Below the pieces are notes generated by a model. It was not told the origin of the DNA, searched no databases, and saw nothing but the letters and a program-made list of their open reading frames with translations. A DNA stretch of 14,688 nucleotides, taken from assembly GCA_038851565.1 (NCBI GenBank), contig JAWCKV010000024.1, positions 1 through 14,688 of the forward strand, written 5' to 3'. This stretch comes from Candidatus Hadarchaeales archaeon. GTDB lineage: Archaea; Hadarchaeota; Hadarchaeia; Hadarchaeales; Hadarchaeaceae. This document shows, one piece after another, positions 8,340 through 14,688 of this stretch. The translations under genes and the position numbers were made by a program. Positions within the stretch are counted from its first letter, which is position 1. Every line of letters begins with the position of its first letter.

Positions 8340-9305
8340 TCAGCCGTAGTCCACCTCCGCGACCGGCCTTCCGTCCTTGGTTTTTGGGGCGAGGAAGTCC
8401 ACCATGGCCCGTGGATCCTCCGCATCAATCGTGACCACAATTGGGCCAAGCGGGCTTTCGCCGTCGGTGAAACTCACCCTGCCCATGTAGGCCACCTGTT
8501 TGTTCAGCATGAAGAGGGTACGATTTTCCCTGAGGTTTGAGATCATTATGGAGCGCGCGGCATCGAGAATGGCCTGCTGCCGGAGCAGCCGGTGGAGGGT
8601 GGAAAGCGAGTTGATGTCGCCTGACTCCCCCATTACCTTCCCCTCTGAGACCACAAGGCTAACTGCGGGAAACAGCTTCCTCACGGCCTCCTCAACCTTC
8701 TCACGACTTTCCGTGGGCCTCACCTCGGCTTCCACGCTGATCCGAAGCCCCTTCCCGACGAGCCTGCGGTACAGAGCGTCCACCTTCCCTCGAAGCTCCT
8801 CCAGGGTGCCCTCATTTGTCATCGTGAAGTCCGCCTTCCTCATTGCGTCCTCCAGCCCCCAGGCCATCTCCCTCCTCTCCTTCTCCAGGAATTCCTCCTC
8901 ACTTCTCACATCGTCCTCCCTTTTCCTGGAGAGCACCCTGAGGGCCCTTATCCTCCGATCCGCAACAACGGAGACCAGCCTGAAGTCGTGCCCAAATGCG
9001 GATCTGAACTCCTCGACCTCCTCCCCGCTCCTTATCCCGTCCACTATTACATGGGCAGCGGCCTTCCTCTCCGAAACAATGGGGATGCACAGCTTGGCAA
9101 CAGCCGCGGGCCCAAGCTTCTCCCTCAGATCCGCAGCAACCTTGCCGACGTTCTCCTCGTTGATGGGAAGTCCTCTCCTCCTCGTTTCCTCCCAGACAAC
9201 ATCTCCCATCCGAACTATCGCCGCGCCGCGCGAAGCCAGGAGTTTGGCCACCTCGGTCTTTCCTGACCCCTGTGGCCCCACTATCCCTATCGCCCTGTAT
9301 CCCAT
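8340..9305 (-). CDS. fusion of a P-loop dephospho-CoA/NMP-kinase-like domain (UPF0200) and an RNA-binding-like UPF0201 domain
   Basis: N-domain GPQGSGKT, MGDVV, VDGIRS, R.R.DD, NEGTLE. C-domain from about residue 187: VEAEVRPTE..KV..A...LFP, Q.ILDAAR, LNKQVA..G.VSF, SPLGPI, LAPKT. Confidence 0.85.
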   Translation of the reverse strand: MGYRAIGIVGPQGSGKTEVAKLLASRGAAIVRMGDVVWEETRRRGLPINEENVGKVAADLREKLGPAAVAKLCIPIVSERKAAAHVIVDGIRSGEEVEEFRSAFGHDFRLVSVVADRRIRALRVLSRKREDDVRSEEEFLEKERREMAWGLEDAMRKADFTMTNEGTLEELRGKVDALYRRLVGKGLRISVEAEVRPTESREKVEEAVRKLFPAVSLVVSEGKVMGESGDINSLSTLHRLLRQQAILDAARSIMISNLRENRTLFMLNKQVAYMGRVSFTDGESPLGPIVVTIDAEDPRAMVDFLAPKTKDGRPVAEVDYG

Positions 9306-9539
9306 CTAGATCTCTACCACGATCAGGGTAGTCGTGTTCGTAACCCCAGGTATGCTCCTGATGTCACCGAATATGGACTTGGTAAGCTTCTCCAGGGAAT
9401 CCACTTCGATCCTTGCGACGATGTCGTAGGGGCCCGCGACCGCCTCAACCCTCTTCACGCCCTCGAGGGTTTTCAGCTTTCTGAAGACCTCCGCTGTCTT
9501 TCCTGGCTCCGTGGAAATCAGGCTGTACGCATTCACCAT
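9306..9539 (-). CDS. stand-alone Lrp/AsnC ligand-binding (RAM) domain protein
   Basis: AYSLI...PGK...V...L..L.GV......GPYDIVA.I...I..IPGV..T.T pattern, no HTH. RBS GGTGA upstream. Its stop abuts the next ATG (TAGATG). Confidence 0.9.
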   Translation of the reverse strand: MVNAYSLISTEPGKTAEVFRKLKTLEGVKRVEAVAGPYDIVARIEVDSLEKLTKSIFGDIRSIPGVTNTTTLIVVEI

Positions 9540-9625
9540 TCAGTTCACCAAGAATGGTTTTCCCTCACTCTTTAAAAGCGCTTGGGAAGTTCTTTTTTAC
9601 CCGAGGGATAACTATCTCAGGTTGG
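9540..9625. promoter_or_regulatory. divergent promoter region (RAM-domain operon / pilin-like pair)
   Basis: TTTTAAA on the minus strand (about 9577-9571) upstream of ATG 9539, and TTTTTTAC on the plus strand (about 9593-9600) upstream of ATG 9626. Confidence 0.45.
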
Positions 9626-9991
9626 ATGGGTGCGCTGAACTACATATCATACGTGATCATGGCCGCCCTCTTCATCTCTCTGGCGGCTTGGCTCTTTGTG
9701 CAGTACACGAGGGCAAACGAGGAGCAGCAGTTCAGGGCTGGAGCGGAGGAACTTGCAGGCCGCATTAACAGCCTCGCCAGGCAGAGCCCCGGCACAGTCT
9801 GGCATCACACGATAAAGGTGCCCTCCTGGTGTGAATTGAGGTTTCATGACAACTTGATTTTGGTCGTCACGGGAAGCAGCGCGGAGAATATCCCGGTGGT
9901 AACAGGTGTCCAGGGGCCAGATCTCAGCGGCATCGAGGCCACCCTGAGGCTCGAGAGGACGGACAGCGGCATTGCGGTGAGCGCGTTATGA
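9626..9991 (+). CDS. hypothetical membrane-anchored protein, archaeal pilin-like
   Basis: N-terminal hydrophobic helix (YISYVIMAALFISLAAWLFV), amphipathic helix (AEELAGRINSL..QSPGT) and beta-rich C-terminus. ATGA overlap with the next gene. Start ATG 9626 preferred over 9554. Confidence 0.7.
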   Translation: MGALNYISYVIMAALFISLAAWLFVQYTRANEEQQFRAGAEELAGRINSLARQSPGTVWHHTIKVPSWCELRFHDNLILVVTGSSAENIPVVTGVQGPDLSGIEATLRLERTDSGIAVSAL

Positions 9992-11007
9992 TTTCCGAAA
10001 ATAACGGGTCATCCAGTTTTCCGCTGATCGTGCTGTACGGAGTGGTGCTGGCGATGCTCCTCTTTGCGCTCTTCATGACGGTTTATGAGCGCCAGATTGA
10101 AATCCGAGTTCAGGAGGAGGCAAAGTCGCTGGCGGAGGAACTGGGAAGGACAGCATTCTTGGCGCTATCCGGCGGACAGCCCTTCAAGGACCTGCCACCT
10201 GATGTTGGTGGAAGCCTATACGCCGTGGAGGTCAGGGAAAGCGTTTTCTCGGTGAAGATCGTCGGAGGCAGGGGTGCGAACAGGGAATACACATCGGTTG
10301 TCAATGCTGAGGTCTACGTGGAAAATGGAGAGTTTCAACCTGGAGGAAGGGTTTATTTTTACTTCATGAGGGAGAACGAGCTTCTGGTGGTCAGCTCATC
10401 TCCGATAGAGCCGTCTTGGCTGGAAATCGGCGTGGTTCCCACCGGACAGCCTCCAACCTTTTACTATTTCTCCAAGGAGAACCCAATGGCCGCCGCCGGA
10501 ATCATGGCTTCGTACTTCACGTTGTCAGAACAGGGTTACCTGATAACCGGTTACTCCGTGAGCGGTAGCACCGTCATCGTAAGGCTGGAAGGAACCAGCA
10601 CCAGGTATTGTTCCGTTTCGGGATATGATGATGATCAACGGGTTGGAAATGTTGAAGGCGCCTGGGTTGTCAGCGGGGTCGGCTTCCTAGAAAGCGCGAC
10701 CATATCCTCCCAACTCAGCGAAAACCTGGATAACGCGGTTGCAACCGGGTGGCTCTTTTCCCCCTCAAAGGCCCTGAGGGATCTGAGATTGAGGACGTGG
10801 ATGGTAGAGAACCAGCTCGTGACAGTGCCTTCAAGCCCCCAGATAACCGCGGCCTGTGTGACCACGAATACAGGGCGGTCTTATCCAGTATGGAGGATCA
10901 CGTGGGAGAACTACGTTGTATATTACAGGGCAATCCCATGGCTGGAAAACGACGCTGATCCTGGCTTTGTGATGCAGTCCTCACCCTTCCTGGAGCCAGT
11001 GCTGTGA
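9988..11007 (+). CDS. hypothetical membrane-anchored surface protein with an N-terminal pilin-like domain
   Basis: 339-aa ORF. Hydrophobic segment (FPLIVLYGVVLAMLLFALFM), helix EEAKSLAEELG, LPPDVGGSLYAVEV motif, then an aromatic/Ser/Thr/Val-rich domain. Confidence 0.75.
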   Translation: MISENNGSSSFPLIVLYGVVLAMLLFALFMTVYERQIEIRVQEEAKSLAEELGRTAFLALSGGQPFKDLPPDVGGSLYAVEVRESVFSVKIVGGRGANREYTSVVNAEVYVENGEFQPGGRVYFYFMRENELLVVSSSPIEPSWLEIGVVPTGQPPTFYYFSKENPMAAAGIMASYFTLSEQGYLITGYSVSGSTVIVRLEGTSTRYCSVSGYDDDQRVGNVEGAWVVSGVGFLESATISSQLSENLDNAVATGWLFSPSKALRDLRLRTWMVENQLVTVPSSPQITAACVTTNTGRSYPVWRITWENYVVYYRAIPWLENDADPGFVMQSSPFLEPVL

Positions 11008-12240
11008 GCCATCGTAAAGCTCAACCTCCACCATATCTCCTCTCTCCAGGCCTTCAAGATGCTCCGGGATCACCACAAACCCGTCGGCGTTGGTGATGGT
11101 GGAGAGCATGCTGGATCCGGTTATGCGGATTGGATATGCTACAATCCGGTTTTTCTCCCTTGCCAGCCTTACCCTCACCACATCGGTGCGCCCAAGCGTT
11201 GAGGCCATCCTCTCCCCCAACCTGGCCTTCAACCTTGGGTATCCCCGATTTAATCCCAGCCCCTGCATCCTCCTCAGCGCAGGCCTGACCAACATGTCGA
11301 AGGCAACCAGCGCTCCAGCTGGAAAGCCGGCCAAGCAGAAAACCGGCTTTTCGTCAACTATCCCGAAAGCGCTCGGTCCTCCCGGCCTCATCGCCACTCC
11401 GTGGAACTTCACCTCACCCATCTCCGCCACCACTTCTGGGGCCAAGTCCATACGCCCTGCAGCGCTTCCCCCCGATATTATAACAGCATCGCGCTTCAGC
11501 GCTTCCGCGATCCTCCTCTTAAGGATCCTCCTGTCGTCCGGGACTATGCCCAGTCTGTGAGGGACTCCTCCGCATGCGCAAACTGCGGCCGAAAGCGAAT
11601 AGCTGTTGGCATCCACCACTGCAGGCTGCGAACGACGCGACCCGGGATCCACGAGCTCCCTTCCAGTGGAGATGATTCCAACCTCCGGCCTCCTGTACGC
11701 GCGAACCCGTAATCTCCCAATCGATGCAAGCAGGCCCACATCGGGGGGCCTGATCACCCTCCCCCTCCTCAGGACCACCTCTCCAGCCCTCACGTCCTCG
11801 CCTGCCCTGGACACGTTCTTTCCCGGAGTTACTGGCGAAAAAACGTGCACGTATCTCCCCTCCTCTGCCACGTTCTCCGCCATTACGACCGCGTCTGCAC
11901 CCCTGGGAAGGGGGGCTCCTGTGTCAACCCTCACAGCCTCCTCCCTTCCTATTCTGATTCTAGCGGCTGAACCCACCACCACGGAGCCCGACACCCTCAA
12001 CTTTCTGGGACTTCCCTGGGTTGCCCCGAAGGTGTCCTCGGCCACCACCGCATATCCGTCCACTGCTGCCCTGTCGAAGGGAGGAACGTTCGCTTCAGCA
12101 ACCACGTCCTCTCCAAGGACCCTTCCCGCTGACTCATGAAACGGGATCTCCTCCGTGGGGAGGGACCTGACGGAGGAAGATATCAACGCCAGGGCCTTAT
12201 CGAGGGAAATCCTCGACCAGAAGCCGCCCCTCTGTACCAT
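10981..12240 (-). CDS. moeA: molybdopterin molybdenum(tungsten)transferase MoeA
   Basis: GRVLGED, VPPFDRAAVDGYAV, TGAPLP.GADAVVM.E, GEDV..GE, STG.EL, DAN, SGG, GSSML...ADG. ATG 12240 lies just after the moaB stop. Confidence 0.95.
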   Translation of the reverse strand: MVQRGGFWSRISLDKALALISSSVRSLPTEEIPFHESAGRVLGEDVVAEANVPPFDRAAVDGYAVVAEDTFGATQGSPRKLRVSGSVVVGSAARIRIGREEAVRVDTGAPLPRGADAVVMAENVAEEGRYVHVFSPVTPGKNVSRAGEDVRAGEVVLRRGRVIRPPDVGLLASIGRLRVRAYRRPEVGIISTGRELVDPGSRRSQPAVVDANSYSLSAAVCACGGVPHRLGIVPDDRRILKRRIAEALKRDAVIISGGSAAGRMDLAPEVVAEMGEVKFHGVAMRPGGPSAFGIVDEKPVFCLAGFPAGALVAFDMLVRPALRRMQGLGLNRGYPRLKARLGERMASTLGRTDVVRVRLAREKNRIVAYPIRITGSSMLSTITNADGFVVIPEHLEGLERGDMVEVELYDGSQHWLQEG

Positions 12241-12241
12241 T

Positions 12242-12757
12242 CTACTCACGGGCATGTCTTACTATGTGGCCCAGCTCCGGCATGATGATCCCACAGGCTA
12301 TCTCGACGGCATTTGGGGCCCCAGGTAGGCAGAACACTGGTTTTCCCTTTATCACGCCAGCAGCTGTCCGGGTGAGAAGGGCCGGGGTTCCCACCTTTTC
12401 ATATCCGATTCTCCTGAGGACCTCGCCAAAACCGGGCAGGTCCTTGTCAAACATGGGGGTGACCGTCTCTATCGTGACGTCCCTCCTCGCTATTCCGGTC
12501 CCCCCTGTTGTGATCACGGCGTCAACCTTCCTGTCGGAGATGAGCGCTCTCAACCCCGCTTTAATCTTTCGAGAATCGTCCGGGACTATTCTTCTGACTG
12601 TGGTATGCCCGGACTCGGAGGCCTTCTTCTCAACTATTTTCCCGGACAGGTCCACATCCTTGCCCTCTTTTGCTGCCCTTGACCTGGTATCGCTTATCAC
12701 CAGTATCCCTATGTGGAGCCTGCTCGGCGCCCCTTTCCTGTGCTCCTCGAAGCTCAC
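12242..12757 (-). CDS. moaB: molybdopterin adenylyltransferase, MoaB/MogA family
   Basis: ISDTR, D.SG, VPDD, TTGGTGIARRDVT.E, PGFGE, R..AG, LPGAPNA. Confidence 0.93.
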   Translation of the reverse strand: MSFEEHRKGAPSRLHIGILVISDTRSRAAKEGKDVDLSGKIVEKKASESGHTTVRRIVPDDSRKIKAGLRALISDRKVDAVITTGGTGIARRDVTIETVTPMFDKDLPGFGEVLRRIGYEKVGTPALLTRTAAGVIKGKPVFCLPGAPNAVEIACGIIMPELGHIVRHARE

Positions 12758-13188
12758 CCTCTCACCTTCCTTACCACCCTGATCCTCTCGATGCGGGTTT
12801 CCGGGTATTGCCCATTTTCATCCTTCTCAAGCCCCTTCACCATGTCCCAGACCGTAAGGAGGGCTGCGGAGGCTCCGACCAGGGCCTCCATCTCCACCCC
12901 AGTCTTGCCCTCGCTTTTCACCCTCACGGTGGCCCTCAGGCCCTTTTCCTCAAAGTCGAACTTGACATCAGCCCCGGTTATCGAAATCGGATGGGTTAGC
13001 GGGATCATCTCTGGGGTGCGCTTTATGGCAAGCAGGGCGGCTGTCTGTGCAACTGACAGCACGTCACCCTTTGGGACCCTCTTTTCGCGTATGGCGTCGA
13101 TCGTCTCACTCCTGAGCCTTATGAAGCCCTCCGCCACTGCCTCCCGCTCCACAGACGGCTTTTTTCCTATGTCGACCATCCGGACCAA
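12754..13188 (-). CDS. moaC: cyclic pyranopterin monophosphate synthase MoaC
   Basis: MVDIGKK...REAVAEG, KGDVL, IPLTHP, KTGVEMEAL, WDMVK. The start is uncertain: TTG 13188 (after GTGAT), ATG 13179, or the track start 13221. GTGA overlap with moaB. Confidence 0.95.
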   Translation of the reverse strand: MVRMVDIGKKPSVEREAVAEGFIRLRSETIDAIREKRVPKGDVLSVAQTAALLAIKRTPEMIPLTHPISITGADVKFDFEEKGLRATVRVKSEGKTGVEMEALVGASAALLTVWDMVKGLEKDENGQYPETRIERIRVVRKVRG

Positions 13189-13255
13189 GTAATCACATGG
13201 ATGTATTCTGGACATCTCCAAATAAAATTAGAGCATTTGCCCCCACTAACACATC

Positions 13256-13262
13256 TTTTATA
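13256..13262 (-). promoter_or_regulatory. putative TATA box for moaC-moaB-moeA
   Basis: TATAAAA on the minus strand in an AT-rich intergenic stretch, preceded by ACAAAATTC. Confidence 0.4.
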
Positions 13263-13272
13263 GAATTTTGTC

Positions 13273-13542
13273 TCAGTAGTACATCTTATCCTGATGGTAC
13301 TCCTCCATGTGGGTCCAGACGCTTGTCCTGCCGAGCTTCGTCTTCCTCGCCTTCCCAGCGCTCTCCAGGTCCCTGAGCACCCTGTTTACGTCCACCACCT
13401 TCCATCCCAGCGCCCTTGCTATGTCGTTTGCGCTCATTATCCCGTACCTGCGCAGGATGAACTCTATGACCTCATGCCTGAGACGGGTTTCCCAGTCCTC
13501 CTCGTCTTCCTCCTCTTCATCGAAGTACATCTGGGGTTCCAT
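13273..13542 (-). CDS. small winged helix-turn-helix protein with acidic N-terminus
   Basis: SANDIARALG..VVDVNRVLRDLESAGK..K......VW is a wHTH pattern. Purine-rich RBS-like GGTGGGAG upstream. Confidence 0.85.
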   Translation of the reverse strand: MEPQMYFDEEEEDEEDWETRLRHEVIEFILRRYGIMSANDIARALGWKVVDVNRVLRDLESAGKARKTKLGRTSVWTHMEEYHQDKMYY

Positions 13543-13798
13543 CTTCTCCCACCAATTTCGTCATCTTTTGGTGCTCAAAAACCTTGCGTTCACCTGTTCT
13601 CAAAGGTGATCCTGAGATTTCATCCCTTACCTGGAAATGTTAGCTTTATACTCTTCCTAGCCATGACTGAAACTCATTTGGCCGAACTACAACAGACCGG
13701 GCATGGAGGGGAATGAAGCCCTTGATGGCGTGAATGGACAAGGCGGTAAGCAGGCCCATTTACATTTCTCCGGGCACATGAATCGTCTATGGGGAATC

Positions 13799-13812
13799 CG
13801 CCAAACTTTATA
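13799..13812 (+). promoter_or_regulatory. putative BRE/TATA for purF
   Basis: CGCCAAAC-TTTATA, with the TATA box (13807-13812) 40-45 bp upstream of ATG 13852. Confidence 0.55.
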
Positions 13813-13851
13813 CCCTCCGCATAGACCATAAACTCAGGTGTACGCGCGCTG

Positions 13852-14688
13852 ATGGGGGCTGGTCGAGTGCCAGAAATTGCCGGGGAAAAATGCGGGGTGT
13901 TCGCTGCTTACAGCGCAGATGGGGGGAACGTCATACAGTACATCTATTGGGGGCTTGTGTCCCAGAACCACCGGGGACACCACTCCCACGGGTTTTTGAC
14001 GTTTGACGGGGATTTCCTTTTGCATCGCAGGCTGGGGCTTTTGCCGCCAGCCATGCATCCATCTACCCAAAGGCTTTTCAAGAAGTTGAAGGGATCGGCT
14101 GGCATCGGCCATGTGAGGTACGCCACATCCGGAAAGAGCAACAAGACGTGGCTGATGAGGGGCATCCAGCCTTTCGTGCTGGAGGACGGGGGCACAAAGA
14201 TCGCCCTGGGGTACAACGGCAACGTGGTGAACACGTCGCAGCTGCGTTCGGAGCTCCGTGCGGAGTTCGGGGACATACCGGTTTCCTCGGACGTCGAGCT
14301 GATAGGCAGAAAGCTGCTACAGGGGCTCCGAAAAGGATCAGACCTGAAATCCGCAGTGACTGCCTGCATGCGCGAGGTAGAAGGATCGTTCTCGGTGGTC
14401 GGGATCACCGGCGAGGGAGAACTTTTCGCGTTCAGGGACCCGCTGGGGATAAGGCCCCTATGCTACGGTCGAAGCGGCGATGGAAAAATCTTCGCCGTAT
14501 CATCGGAAAGCGTCGGCCTGGACATAAACAATCTCAGGTACGAGTCTGAGGTGAGGCCCGGGGAGATGCTGGTGTGGTCGAAGGAAGGATTCGTGAGGGA
14601 GCGGCTCGTCGACTCCAAGCGGCGCGCATTTTGCAGCTTCGAGTTCGCATATTTCGCCAGGCCGGACTCAATCCTGAACGGCACGAAC
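13852..14688 (+). CDS. purF: amidophosphoribosyltransferase, 3' end truncated by the window edge
   Basis: Manual translation: MGAGRVPEIAGEK-CGVF...QNHRGHHSHG...GIGHVRYATSG...IQPF...YNGNVVN...SSDVE...GSFS...RDPLGIRPL...SSES...VRPGE...CSFEFAYFARPDS. Alternative start GTG 13867. Absent from the ORF track because there is no stop in the window. Confidence 0.95.
   Translation, partial: MGAGRVPEIAGEKCGVFAAYSADGGNVIQYIYWGLVSQNHRGHHSHGFLTFDGDFLLHRRLGLLPPAMHPSTQRLFKKLKGSAGIGHVRYATSGKSNKTWLMRGIQPFVLEDGGTKIALGYNGNVVNTSQLRSELRAEFGDIPVSSDVELIGRKLLQGLRKGSDLKSAVTACMREVEGSFSVVGITGEGELFAFRDPLGIRPLCYGRSGDGKIFAVSSESVGLDINNLRYESEVRPGEMLVWSKEGFVRERLVDSKRRAFCSFEFAYFARPDSILNGTN

Noticed and set aside
8340..8354. 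C-terminal DYG of the UPF0200/0201 fusion as a second HbYX tail
   Set aside because: The residue before Tyr is Asp, not hydrophobic.
2843..12782. Many long antisense or alternative-frame ORFs (e.g. 2843-3541, 6859-7521, 8500-9309, 11606-12139, 12264-12782)
   Set aside because: They lie opposite well-supported genes, have Ser/Pro/Arg-rich shadow composition and no motifs; expected in GC-rich coding DNA.
13189..13272. Moco/Wco riboswitch upstream of moaC
   Set aside because: The leader is too short and AT-rich, with no multi-stem structure visible.
13496..13522. TCC/TTC triplet-like repeat
   Set aside because: It simply encodes the Glu/Asp tract of the wHTH protein.
13834..14684. Track ORFs 13834-14112, 13944-14408, 14148-14549 and 14463-14684
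   Set aside because: All overlap the real purF frame, which the track missed.
1..14688. tRNA/rRNA genes, CRISPR arrays, transposases, inteins, frameshifted pseudogenes
   Set aside because: None seen. Intergenic gaps are short, the recognised proteins are of normal length and their frames are intact.

Overview
An archaeal chromosomal window of tightly packed housekeeping genes. Archaeal origin is inferred from TrmG10, a UPF0200/UPF0201 fusion, a stand-alone Lrp RAM domain, TATA-like boxes about 26-40 bp upstream of start codons and GTGA/TGATG overlaps. Left to right: truncated MBL-fold hydrolase (-, not in the ORF track); bacterial-type ATP-dependent PfkA (-); PflX-like radical SAM protein (-); prs-trmG10-rnz operon (+); a minus-strand run transcribed as RAM domain, UPF0200/UPF0201 fusion, nfnA, nfnB, dCMP deaminase; two orphan pilin-like membrane proteins (+); moaC-moaB-moeA (-); a small winged-helix protein with an acidic N-tail and C-terminal MYY (-); and the 5' part of purF (+, not in the ORF track). 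No tRNA/rRNA, CRISPR array or mobile element was seen. The best leads are the Z-alpha-like wHTH protein with a possible proteasome-docking HbYX tail, the Thermotoga-like PfkA in an archaeon, and the pilin-like gene pair with non-canonical signal peptides. All homology calls come from motif recognition; no searches were run.
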